This document shows positions 42,818-64,000 of a DNA stretch of 64,000 nucleotides, in pieces. The translations under genes were made by a program, and so were the position numbers. The stretch covers positions 32,664,773 to 32,728,772 of the forward strand of contig OZ037766.1 of the NCBI GenBank assembly GCA_964035545.1, given 5' to 3'. The DNA comes from Bugula neritina (Eukaryota; Animalia; Bryozoa). Below the pieces are notes generated by a model that saw only the letters and a program-made list of their open reading frames with translations, searched no databases and had not been told where the DNA came from. Numbering within the stretch: the first letter of the stretch is position 1; each line of letters starts with the position of its first letter.

Positions 42818-44065
42818 TTGAAGAACCTGGTGTAATGGAGACAGCAGAATCTGGTACTACAACTACTGCACTCTCTACACTACAACATGTTGATACAGTT
42901 CCTGTTCACAGTGATAAGGCTATACTATATCATAATTCATCTTATAACAATGCTATACTTTTGCATGCGTTCACCTAGCTATTAATTTTGCTCTGAAATA
43001 TGCTATACTGCATTGCATTCTTAGATTCCATAATGAAAAGCTAAGCAGAGCTTTTTCAAAGAAGTTGTAGGACTTTATAAAGCTGAGACATCTTTTAAGT
43101 TATCCTCACAATAGTTAGATTGTAATCATACTTGAAAAATGCACAGGTATATTTAGGAAGGTTCTTATTGTTCTTTTTCTAGTCATGCTATACATGTACA
43201 TATAAATACCCGACAAGCACTGCAAGCTGTACATCAGTTGGATGAGAAAACTTAGACTAAAAATTTGAGACGTTCTCACTAAGGATTGTGAAAACTTTCA
43301 AAGACAACTCGTCCGAAAACTGTTTTTACATAATTAGATAATTTTATTTATAGAATATTTATACTGCAGGTATAAAATATGGTAGGTGAAACGGAAACAT
43401 CCCAGCATTAAGAAAAGTTTCTTTCCAACAATTATTTAACCTTTAGCGTTTCTAAATCTGTTCTTATAAAAGCAAAATTCAAAACAAATTTTTAAGTTTT
43501 GTGCTGTAATATTGAAGTATACTACATTTGTTACAGTGGGTAGAATCTGCTGCTTTGTTATAATTTTATAATGCTTAAAAGCTTAAAGAGTCCCATTGAA
43601 AGCCCATAGCTTGTAGTTGATCTATAAACCCACTGAGCTGAGTGGGTCTTATCGGTGTGCATGGAGTTTAGAAGTTGTGTCCATGTATATAGCTACAAAG
43701 CTAGCTGCTTCAGTTTCAATTTGAATTATCTGTGCATGTTAATTTACTGTAAGTCAAATAAGGTTTCTATGTGGAGGTATCAATATGTGAAGGTATTAGT
43801 ATGTGAAGGTATCAGTATGTGAAGGTATCAGTATGTGAAGGTATCAGTATGTGAAGGTGTCAGTATGTGAAGGTGTAAGTTTGTGAAGGTATCAGTTTTT
43901 GAAGGTGTCATTATGTGAAGGTGTCGGTATTTACATATTTCATGTTGTACTTTACCTGCACTGCAAAGAAAGCAACTATCCAACGTAGGAAAAATTGTTA
44001 CTAACAATAGTTTTCAAGTTATTTAATTTTTTAAAAATATATTTTGTTTATGTTTATTTTAGTAG

Positions 44066-47000
44066 ATATTGAAATGCCAGGTAGCTACATTCTAACTAAT
44101 AAAGTCCGTGATGTCACCAACTGGGCTGGAGCCAATGTCACTATGCCTGGTATCAACTTCACCGTCTGTTTCTGGGCTAGGATTGATAGCTGGAATGACG
44201 CTGTAGGAAGTGCAATTCTTAGCATTGCTACATTAGGTGCAGTTAAATGTTTATTTTTAATATTCGAATTTATACTCACAAGGTGTCACATTGGTAAAAC
44301 GTTTTTCGATTTTCTATTTTTAGAAAAATGTTTATATAGCTAATAAAATAGTAATACTCATTAAATTTTTTATTGAGGACAGTTTAATATCTGATTAAAG
44401 CTAGTTAAGTAGCGTTTATCAAATATTGAACTACAATTATTCTATGAAAAAACATGTTGTATGTTTTACCATAATGTTGATCATATATCAGTTTATAAGT
44501 TAACAAAAACTTTGTTGATGAAGCTAATTAAAACTTGGTGCCTGTTTTAATCTTTTTGGTTTATAATCGAGAAATGATAAATATCTGTATCCAAATTTTG
44601 TACAAATTTAGTAAATTTCAACAAATCATTCTTTGTTGTATCAATTCTCTGCATTAAAATATGTAAGGGCGTTTTTATTGCTTGCAAGTGTTCCAATTTT
44701 CTCTAACTCTTTTTGCAGCAATGTTTACCTTTCTTATTTAGTATCTTCACAGCATATAGAAGCAGAACTAAGGTGTATACCTGTAGAAGCAAAGCAAAAT
44801 ATTTGCTTAAATAATGAGTTACTAATTGAAGGCAGTTTAAGCTTACTTTACCCTGCATAAAATTTAGCTGATGACAACTGGCTGGTTATTGAATGGGGAA
44901 AGAGAAAGGTTTTAATTTTAACCGACAGAAGAGCTTGGCACAGTTCCTTTCTTGCTGACCTGAGCAAATGGTACTTCTGCTGTGTGGTCATAAAGCAAAC
45001 ATCTACACAGATTCAGCGTCACGTAAGTTTGCCAAATAAAACATGTTTAATGTTTATCAGCTATGAATGAACTATTTTGAAAACTTAATTTGCAATTTCC
45101 TCTCCCCCTCTACTTAGAATAGACTAAATTCAAACTACAGTATTATGTAAAATTTCTAACTTGCATCTGAAATTCTCGACTATAGCCACCGGTGACTTAG
45201 AAGCACAAGCTCTAAGCAAACTCTAACCGATTTCAACAAAATCACAACCATGCATCAACATCTAAAACTTTAATAGTCACTATCCCTGTGAGAAACCCCT
45301 GATAGAAAGGGTTTTTATTAAAGCGGGCTAAGGACTTATTTAAATGAGGCACAGAAGCAATTATGACTGGATGCTCTTTTTAACATCACCAATGAACTTA
45401 TTGTCTGGGGTTCGAACCCACGACCTCATGTTTACTAAGCAAACGTTTTAGCCCCTACACCATGGCCTCTCTCTACAACCATCAACATATAATTAATGCT
45501 GTAAACATGAATTGCTAAACAACACACTTTTGGGGTTGTCTGCCCTATTTTGTAGTTGAATATTGGTGAAAACTGGCCGGACTTGGTTTGGGTTGTAAAC
45601 TTGAAAAACCAGTTTGATAAACCTGGAAATTTAAAACTCCAAGTTGGTGCTGGACTTGTTTTATTCAGTGATCAAGATGAGATGTTTGGTGAGTTATAGT
45701 AGTTCAACATATACCTATATCTGTGCAGATCAGAGATGGAAATTGTCAACAGGGTTGTCAAAAGGCTGTTATATAACTACAATATTATATAACATTAATT
45801 TGTGGATGAATTGATGAATGCCTAAATTGATTGATTTTTTTATAAAACAAAGTTCAATATATTTATAAACTATTCATTATGAGTTAAAACTCTTCAGCTA
45901 GTTGGTGATGAGCTCTTTATAATTTAATTGTTGCATATATTTGTGTTTATAGAATTTCCTACCCACTTGACTTTAGCTCCAACATCTAGTCTTCAGTTTA
46001 TGTCCTTATAAATTTTATTCCAATTTCAATTTAGTCGAAAGGACAGTTCACGTCGAGTTCTCTTTTATACCAAGTCTAAAGCTTTCAGGATGCTTGTCTT
46101 GTGATTATTTTTTTGGCATGGTTTCAGAATAATCTAGTCATCAGGAGCTTTTGTATAGGCCTGTCCTAGTTCTTTGTGTTAGATGACCTACTTTAAGGTA
46201 TCAACTACAGCTTTGGCTAATCTAGAGATAGCTTTGAATTTTGCAATCCTATGATGCAATCATTTTTATGCAATGGACTTGATGCATAAATTTTTCAAAA
46301 TTCAACTATATGTATGCTACTTACTCATGTATTACTAATAACAATGACTTTTGTCATCAATAATATTTCAATGATTTTATTGAAGCCATAAACTATAACA
46401 TGATCACTAAATGTTCAGTACACTTCTCAGTGAAGTTGTTAATTTAACTTCAACTTTAAAACAAAATTTAATTTAGAAAAACAACTATTTGTAAGACAGG
46501 ATGCATTATTAATATGCATTACTCTCAAGTATATTTGTTTTCTTTTATATACTAGCTATAAATGGTCTGTGTTATTTGTATATTTTATCAAATTAAAAGA
46601 CTCTACACTGTATACAGGAAGATTTGATCCAGGACAAGTAGCTGTTGGATCTATTTCCTGTCTGAACATCTGGAGCTCAGTCTATCAAGAAGAACAACTG
46701 GTAGATTTTGCTGAGTGTAAACAAAAAGGTGATGTGTTCACAATGAAACCAGGTGCTCTGGCTATTCATGGGACGATAGTTTCAGAAATGAAACCTGTTG
46801 CAGTTGAACCAAGGAAATCCGGTAAATTGATAAAATACATAAATTCTCAGTTTTATACTTTTTACTTTTTCTAATTAGTTAGAAAATCATCTTGAAAAAC
46901 AAATACAATATTAAGAGCAATATGGAAGCAATTTTTTATAAGAGAAGCTGCCATTTGCCTAGATAAAGAAAACTCAAAATGTAAAACCTCATATCTGCAA

Positions 47001-47575
47001 AATAGAATGTCTAGCTTCTCAACTCTTTTTATGTATTGAAAGTAAACGGATAGAAATACGTGTTCTGCATGCATGCATAATGCTACAAAAAAGAGAGAGT
47101 TTTTTTAACCATTTTCTTGCATAAAGCAATTAAGTGTACTTCCCTGTTTGTACAAGTACTGTTTTACTACAACCTGGACACTGATTGCATGTCCATGTTT
47201 AAATAATTTTATACTTAGTTGCTGTGTTGTGACTGTCACTGATTTCTTTTTATTATCTTTAACACAAAACCTCACAACTATATGCTTTCCTAGACCAACA
47301 TTTTAAAATAACCATTTTCCTGATTCATGTTATTAGATACAAGAGACATCTGGCAGAAGTTTGAGATCCATCCAGGATTCCAGATGCCTGGATTATCTGT
47401 TCAACCTCTGAGTCATCCTTCCTTGCTGACTTGTCTGTCTGTTTGTATAACTACTGGCTGTGTGAATGTAAACTACCACCAACAAGATGAGAGATGTGAA
47501 ATTGGACCTGGGGATTACTCAAGCTCCTTAGAAGCTGTTAGAGGGGTTATGCATTATAGACTCAACTCTACTTAA
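44066..47575 (+). pseudogene. Gene P3 3' part: intact B-type pentraxin exons + PAN exon, cut off by the upstream stop and donor loss; may still be used via exon skipping
   Basis: Exons 44066-44236, 44868-45022, 45556-45688, 46618-46821 and 47337-47575 are all open with intact splice sites; no signal-peptide exon of their own was seen. Confidence 0.6.
45262..45474 (-). mobile_element. tRNA-derived SINE-like insertion (head resembles tRNA-Thr AGT)
   Basis: The minus strand reads GGCCATGGTGTAGGGGCTAAAACG..TTAGTAA..GGTCGTGGGTTCGAACCCCAG (A box, AGT loop, B box) with a broken anticodon stem. It is absent from the homologous P4 intron (~51540-51600) and flanked by similar acaaccat..caacat sequences. 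Confidence 0.65.
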
Positions 47576-48893
47576 GTAAAAATTATCCATTTTTGATAGT
47601 TTCAGTCTCAGCTGTAGCTTTCAGAAACAAACCTATATTCTGCTTTGTACTCTTGTAGAATTTGTAGATTTGCTTTTAAAAAAAGAGTCTGGCTCTTCTA
47701 TGTGGTGTAATTTTGCGAGTTAGAAACTCATTTAATCTTCAAATTATTTTATTGCTTGCATTTTTGCAAACAACAATGTTTATTGATTAATTTTAAATAA
47801 TCTAACAAAATTTCTTTGAATTTACAGGATCTAATATTTATATGCGTGGGCAATATATTTATGTTTCGAATAATTTATATATTAGCCTATTATATTGAAT
47901 ACTTTACCATATGATGTTAGATGTTGTCTTCTCTTCAACCTATGTATGTAACATTTTATCACCATAATATAGTGTTTACATGCAGGTATTATTATTCCGC
48001 AATATTACAATATCATGCATGCATTTTGTGTTGGTGATAATGTAGCATTGTTTCCTATAAGTTTCATCATGATTTTCATGTATTTGATAAAGCTGTAAGA
48101 TTTCTGGTGACAAACAAAGTTAATTGCAAAAATTCAAGTTAAATTCAGCTGGATCTTTGCTTTATTAACTTTTAAATTATTTTAACAATGTATGTTTTTT
48201 TCTGTTTAATTTGATTTTAAAAATAAAAAAAAAATGTTTTTGAAATTTTCAAGCTCAAAAGAATAATATGTTAAACAGAGTAATATATTTAAAAAATGAA
48301 ATTTAAAAAATAGAATAAGAAGATATGGGTGTTTTTTAGCTGTTGTAAAAAAAATTCCTGACAGAAGATTATATTTTATATATGTAGTACAATAAATATG
48401 TTGTTACTAAAACCTAACTATAAATGATAATTTATTAGCAAATATTTACTGTTTCTCTCATTATAGAGGAGAGAATAAAATAGGAGAAATATGTTATAAG
48501 TTGTTGCAGCATTCTAACAATGATTTGTATTTTCTCCCATGAGAGTAAACATGCAACAATGTATACCTGCAGGTGATACATCTGAATTATAATATGTCAA
48601 TATTACGTGTTCTAATAATAAATATATCTCAAATTACAACTAATGCATTATGCAGAGACAACTTAAGATGTGGTAAACTACTTGATTTATAAATTGAAGG
48701 TTCAATGCTATCTCAAACATGTTACAAGGCAATCAATGAAAGTCTTCAGACTACATATTATTGTGTCAAAGTAACTATACTGCAATCACAAGATATATAT
48801 CTCATTATACACTCAACTCACTATCAGAATACCTCATTATTATTGTATCTTATTATCAATATATTATATTACTAGCAATGTATATATTATTAG

Positions 48894-48936
<43 letters not shown>

Positions 48937-49471
48937 ATTATATATATAATATAATATATAATATAATATAATATATAATTAGCACACTATTTCATGCATT
49001 CCTGTTCAGTCTAATTTTCATTTCAACAAAACATAAACATACTCTTCTAAAATTTGGTTGAACAACATAATTATATATATTTTATTTAAACTAAACAAAA
49101 ACAAGCTTCATTCAGAAATATGCGAGTTGTTTGCTACTGCTGCTGTTGCTGCTGTTGCTGATTACACAATGGAAAACAACTTTGAGCCACTAAATGATAA
49201 AAGTACAATGTAGACTTTTATTTTTCATGATAAATATAAATTAAAAAATAAATACCATTCATCTAATTTGCAACATAATTTTCGAAAAAACACTATTAGC
49301 AACTTATTGCTGACAAAGCAAAATATTTTATTCCATATATATACCCTATAACCAAAATGCATTGCAACTCATTATATATCATATAATAAATCCATACAAT
49401 TAACATGCAGCTATAAAGAGCTGGACAAATACATACATTAGCTAAATACAATAAAACGATATTGCTATTTC

Positions 49472-58182
<8,711 letters not shown>

Positions 58183-58992
58183 TTCTTGTTCTTCACTCAA
58201 CTCAAACTGACTAGCTGGCTATTAAGTGTTTACATATGATGTATTTGTTATTACATATAAATATTGATCACCATATGCAAATAATGAATTGTTGCATGTA
58301 TTTAAAGAGTTTAATGTAATTATTTATACTATGAGTTAAAAATGAAAATCATACGAGCACTAGAAATTTGAAAAATATTTTAGTGCAAGTTTTTTTAATC
58401 ATTTCTTTGATGCTAGATTTTAGCTAAGAATTGAGTTATATTATTTTGCTCATTTTTTTTGTTATATAAACTTTAACATTACAACCTAGAAAACTACAGA
58501 GTGCAGAAGCTGATGAAAATATGACTAGATATAAATAGAGTTATTTTATTAGCTTAAAGTCTGCTGTCATTAAGTTGTGTGGCAAGTAATTGTTTAGTTC
58601 ATTGGTTGCTATAGAGTCCAAATATTAACTTTTATTTATTATTTATAACCTGGAGTGAGATATTACATATTGTTTTACTGCACTAACTTTGATTTACTTT
58701 GCTTTGTTATTCGCTTATATGTTATTATCCTTAGTTGTAGCTGTTCCATTTATACAAAATTAGGCTGCTTTCTGTGGTTATCAGAAATTCTGTTGGCGTG
58801 TCTATATAGCACGAATTAGACAAACAAATCTTAATCTAAATGAAAGATGAAAGCAACAATGAACAGGGCATACTAAAAGCAGTACTAGTCAAGCTTTACC
58901 CAAGATGAAGTGCAGATTGCAGCTTTGAAAAGCACTCACTAATTTTAGCTCAATTGAAGAAAATAAGTGGCTCAAATATCTGTCTTAATATA

Positions 58993-59142
58993 CTAAGTTG
59001 TCTGTCTGTTTGTATAACTACTGGCTGTGTGAATGTAAACTACCACCAACAAGATGAGAGATGTGAGACTGGACCTGGGTATTGCTCAAGCTCTGTGGAA
59101 GCTATTAGGGGGGTTATGCATTATAGACTCAATTCAGAATAA
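58993..59142 (+). pseudogene. 5'-truncated orphan PAN exon with 3' UTR remnant
   Basis: Homology starts abruptly at CTA AGT TGT CTG with no acceptor. It is followed by tgtttcagcttttagctttgacttccaga, which is also found after the P1 stop (~31127). Confidence 0.8.
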
Positions 59143-60612
59143 GAGCTAAAACATATATGTTTCAGCTTTTAGCTTTGACTTCCAGACAAGCTATTCAAAG
59201 TCTGGCGTGTGCTATCATAAAAATGCTGATTAAATTCTCTTCAAAAATTGTAAAAGTCATGAACACTTACTTGAGCACTTGTATGGTATAATTTTGTAAA
59301 TTCAATTATTTTGCTTAATTTTCAATGTTTACCAAAATTGCATGTCTCTATTGATGACTAACTTTGAATAACCTGTTTTTGAATTCAACAACTTAGTGCT
59401 TGTTTTTATTTATTATAATATTTTTCTTTATTCTGTGAATTTCAAAACCATAAGTTTATATGGATGTTTATAAAGTATAGTAGAGATTGGTTTTTCTCTA
59501 AAGAATTTGAGGAGAACGCGTGCAGTGAATAGGTTGCATGCGATTCCCAATAAAATATATTGTGTTGGTACAATTCCTATATCCAGGTGAGATGAGGCAG
59601 TGAAATACGCAACAATATTGAGTTTATTGTGCATTGTGCACTATACAGCTCTTGTAAGCTGTTTCCTGTATTATTACACAATATATATACAATGAAGGTG
59701 TAAATATATCTTATAGCATTCTATAAATGGAAACAGAGTTACACATGACAAGTAAATTAAAAAGCAAAAGGTCATGAGATGAAGTTAACTGGCTCAGTTG
59801 AAGATATGGTGTAACATTATGATTTGGCATGTTATAATACACTTTAATATCAAATGGTATAAATATATAATACTTTTTTGTTCATGATCGATTTATAAAG
59901 TTCTGGTAATTTGATTGCAGCACATCCTATAGCAAATAAACATAAACTTGAAACTCTGTTATTTAAATATAGGAAAGGTGTAAAATACATGTGCAAAATA
60001 TGCAGCTCAGTTAATGTGGCATTATACAGATAACAATTTTATTGTATTTCATAAGAGACATATGTTTTGTGAGAAAACCACTTAAAATACGAATAGAGCT
60101 CCACCTCATCTGATGACATTGTTATAGCCAATCAGAAATGATAAAATTGCTTACAATTTATGCTTATAAATTATCTTTTTACAATTGAAAGCTCAAATAA
60201 ACATTAGGAATATGCAGTCTTCAACATTCATAGTTATGTCGTCAGATGTAAAAGTTATTTTCTTTAGCGTTTTACTAATAGCAATAGTTTTCGTTACAGG
60301 ATGCAAAGCAGACTGTGGAGTTAAGTAATGCAAGTTATGTTATAATAGCTTAGCTTCTTGAAATTCCAAACCACATTTTAGTGTGTTGCGCATCCTTTTT
60401 AGTAATGTTTTTAGAATTTAAAAACCATCTAAATTTATATGTGCCTTGTCGTTTTTGTTTTGTGCCTAACTGCAGGACTTGAACGACCTCTGTAGTTTGA
60501 CCTTGAACTTTGAAACCAACAATTCTATTCTAAATTTACTCTGCTATAATTTTGCCTAAAATTCTAATCAAGTATTTACCTGACTGACTATTACATATAA
60601 TAAACTTAACAG

Positions 60613-61274
60613 GAAGAGTAGACTGCCAATGCCCTGCTGGATACATAAAGAATCTATTTTCAAGCACCTGCTACAGACTTGTCACTCAAAGTAAGACATG
60701 GACAGATGCACAGGCTCACTGCAGATCTGCCAGAAAAAGACTAGGTGTCTTTGTAATCATAGAATCACAAACCTGGCTTCTACATACGAGATAAACTCAC
60801 TCACGTAATGGCTACATTCACCTCTACACTTATACACTTACAGTAATAATATTGGGAGTTTTCGCATTATTCAAAATGTTTGCCAGTTCCGCACATATTA
60901 TGTCAAATAATTTTCAAAATAATATATGTTCACGTTTTAACAAACCTGGAGAAGCAAACAGAAATGTACTTTAGTAAGTTTTAAATATTTTTGATTAGTA
61001 AAGAGTAAAACTTCTAAATTATTTTGTTTATTTGTCGTAACAGCTTGGAGAGAATATATGAATGATTGAGTGTGAATAGGAGAAAGAAAGGAGGGTGCGT
61101 CTTGGGTGTGGCAATGTAACGACAGGCTTAGAGAGAAGATTCAGTTTAGAAACTGGGCTATGGGTATGCCAACTTATGATGACGAGGAGCAACTTTGTGT
61201 TTTCATGTTTAAAGAGAGACTCAACATGCTGTAACCTAATTTATTCTCACTTCATCTGTGAGAAATATAATTAG
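60613..61274 (+). pseudogene. C-type lectin domain pseudogene (two exons, ~60613-60804 and ~61044-61274)
   Basis: First exon: CPAGYIKNLFSSTCYRLVTQSKTWTDAQAHCRS..RL..IESQTW then an in-frame TAA. Second exon: V*IG..SWVW..FRNWAMGMP....EQLCVFM, a frameshift, then C......FICEK. These are CTLD motifs interrupted by stops. Confidence 0.8.
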
Positions 61275-61993
61275 ACTCCGCTGTATGTACATATTGTGGT
61301 AAATATTAGAGTTACCCTCCCTTGTTACAATAAAGATACAGCACACACACTATTCTAACAACCTCTTTTGTCTATTCTAAAACAAGGAGTTATGTTCTCT
61401 GCCTGATTCCATTCAATAACCCACAAGTTACCACAATATACAGTATTACACAATATAATTAGACTTCGCTGTATTTATACATACATACATATACATGCAG
61501 TATATATCTACACGATTCATTTAACTCCTGTTTTTTCAGGTTTTAAAAATAAACCTTCCATTATGCTGTTACAGTTTAAGTTAGGTATGTCTTCATCATA
61601 TTATGTCAAATATATTGTTTTCAAAGGTTACTTACTATAAGTATTATAAAGAAAGTGTACTAAAAAAGAAAGGTTGTCCTGCTATAGTAAAATATTTACT
61701 TTCATATATTCCTTTACCTGTTATATTCTCTAACCCAGAATAAAATATTTATAAATATTATGCTATATAACAAACTAAAAAGACACAAATTTGTTTTTTT
61801 TTATGAAAAAGCAAGAAAAATAGTATTTATTTGAGGTTATTTAAGTAGTTAGTATATATTATAGTTATTACATAAGCAAGTGAACAATCAGAATTTATAT
61901 AGCTCCTACAGTAAGTGAAAAGCTAGCGTAAGAAAAAACTATAATATAGCTTTAAAATTTTGTGAGTAGAGAAAGTGGAGAAAATCCCAAACT

Positions 61994-62077
61994 CAGTTTC
62001 ACATCTTTGATCTTGTTGGTATAGTAGTTTACATTCATACAGCCAGTAGTTGGACAAACAGACAGACAATTTAGCAA
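61994..62077 (-). pseudogene. Frameshifted internal PAN exon fragment
   Basis: LLNCLSVCPTTGCMNVNY followed by a 2-nt insertion; truncated at both ends. Confidence 0.8.
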
Positions 62078-63165
62078 CTTGGGAGAAAGATCAGTTTATG
62101 AGTGCTTTTCCAAGTTTCAATCTGCATGAGTAAAACTTAAGTAATGATGACGAGGGAGGTTTTATCATGACTAGTTCAGTGCTGCTTTTATCTAGATTAC
62201 ATTGGTTTCTGCTTAATAATTGATGCCAGAGACGGTAACAGAATTCATGACTTTTTACTAGCTACTCTTATTGCAGATGTACACCAACCACCATTTTTCA
62301 ATCCACTTCAATGCAACAGCAATTGCTTAATGCAGCAAAAACAGAAAGATATGACATGTTTTCTATTATATATATGTGAAGCATAACATACCATTTGAAG
62401 CATTGGTGTGTTATGTAATTCAATAAGGTGAAACCGAAAATGGTTTATGACAAAAGCTATTGGGACAAAAATAAATTTATTTCAACTAGACCAAACCAAT
62501 ATTGCAGAAAGAGTATTTGCTTTTTACACAAATAGAAACCACTTTGAGCCACAAAGTGATAAGAGCTAGAGTAACTCCAAATTCTTTAATTGCACAGTAT
62601 GACTCTTAAAGGATATAGAAAGTACAATTTATCTAATTTATAATATTAAATATTTAAAAAACTTATTAATAATTATATTAACACAACCTTAAACATAAAG
62701 TATAAGCACAATTCAATGTAACTCATCATTTTTGTAGTTCATATTGCTTTTAAAAATTAAAACCATGATTTCAATTAAATTGATGTAAAACACTGACTCA
62801 TCTAAAAAATTCAATTCAAAGAAACTGCAAATTATTAAAATTACTTTTTTTGTGAAAATACAATTCCTACAGATAAACAATGTTTTTATTATTACCAATA
62901 ATAAGTCAAATACTATACACAGCAACTTCACAGCAGTTTTCTAAGTAACAGTAAAGAATATAAGTATTTAACAAGGCGACAAAACTCTCAATCAAAAGCA
63001 AAATTGTCCATGCAGGTAGGTTTTTCCTAACATTGATTATATAAACTGACCAGTTTTTAATTATATTTTAGATAAACAACTTTATCACTATGATGATTAC
63101 TTTAGTGAAAATACAACATCTATAATAACTAAGCTGAAGTGGAATTTGCAGCGTGACAATGACAG

Positions 63166-63398
63166 TCAAACTAGTCTATAGTATGTAACACCCTTAGCAG
63201 CTTCCAAAGAGATTGAGCAGTACCCAGGTCCAGTCTCACATCTCTCATCTTGTTGGTGGTAGTTTACATTCACACAGCCAGTAGATATACAAACAGACAG
63301 ACAACTTAGCAAGGAAGGATGACTCAGAGGTTGAACAGATAATCTAGGCATCTGGAATCCTGGATGGATCTCAAACTTCTGCCAGATGTTTGTCAGAT
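63166..63398 (-). CDS. Gene P5: terminal PAN exon of a further family member; the rest presumably lies beyond the right edge
   Basis: ttgtag|AT CTG ACA AAC ATC TGG... open to TGA, near-identical to the other PAN exons. Downstream sequence at ~62520-62640 is homologous to ~49160-49270 downstream of P4. Confidence 0.8.
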
Positions 63399-63891
63399 CT
63401 ACAATCACGATTGAAAAAATATCAGTTTATAAAGTCAGTATGTCTAAGAAAAACATACAACTGTGAATTTTTTTTCAGCAATAATGTAAATTGACCTTTG
63501 ACAACCACAATGCAACAACTAAACATAAATGTGACATGATGCCAGTGGCAGCTAGATTATAACGATACTAATTGTATGAAAAAGGAGTTACACTACTTTA
63601 GGCATGAAAGTGAGAAATAAGCTCTCTTTTTACAACACGGTATTTTAAATTACTCATTTTACTGCATCCAATTACATGTGCTACATCAATGTTTTAAATG
63701 CATTTTCTTTTATAAAAGCAAGTCTGTGAAATTGCTACAATACACCAACTAAATAGAAAATTGACATTTTATTAGACATCAGTATAACAGGTTATATTAT
63801 AGTAAGCAATACTTGTACAAGAATTCTTTAAGCATGAAAGCGAAAAACCAGCTCTATCCACAGCTAAAAGTCTGCAGCTATAACTTTATAT

Positions 63892-64000
63892 ATGTGTGTG
63901 TCAGTGTGTGTGTCAGTGTGTGCGTGCGTGCGTGTGTGCGTGTGTGCGTGTGCGCGTGTGCGTGTGTGCGCGTGTGCGCGCGTGTGTGTGTGTGTGCGTG
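63892..64000. repeat. (GT)n/(GTGC)n microsatellite
   Basis: Direct inspection. Confidence 0.95.

Noticed and set aside
45403-45470. Functional tRNA-Thr(AGT) gene
   Set aside because: The anticodon and acceptor stems do not pair, and it is part of an insertion absent from the paralogous intron; called a SINE head instead.

Overview
AT-rich, intron-rich animal genomic DNA, probably from an invertebrate; the taxon cannot be fixed from sequence alone. Most long ORFs in the supplied track are read-throughs of mini/microsatellites, so the genes below were rebuilt exon by exon by hand from GT-AG sites and reading frame. (1) 11-7884 (-): 5' part of EXOC1/Sec3, running off the left edge. (2) 8941-12647 (+): a divergent six-exon, 328-aa gene with a near-consensus RFX X-box upstream, weakly C4orf51-like. 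(3) ~15.3-64 kb: a cluster of secreted proteins with the layout signal peptide + 1-5 divergent pentraxin domains + one C-terminal 4-Cys PAN/apple domain. The cluster holds 10 pentraxin domains in 4 genes, the last exon of a 5th gene, two orphan PAN fragments and a C-type lectin pseudogene. Each pentraxin domain is a four-exon module (a-b-c-d) bounded by phase-1 introns. Exons a and d and the PAN exon are near-identical between copies, while exons b and c (the predicted ligand face) are hypervariable. The window shows a visible domain-duplication breakpoint, a clean domain deletion, reciprocal mosaic genes that switch inside exon a, and a newly truncated single-domain short pentraxin. Together these suggest a recombination-diversified recognition-molecule locus. 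Also present: Harbinger-type MITEs, a tRNA-derived SINE, decayed RTE-like LINE fragments, palindromic (TA)n structures and many intronic minisatellites.
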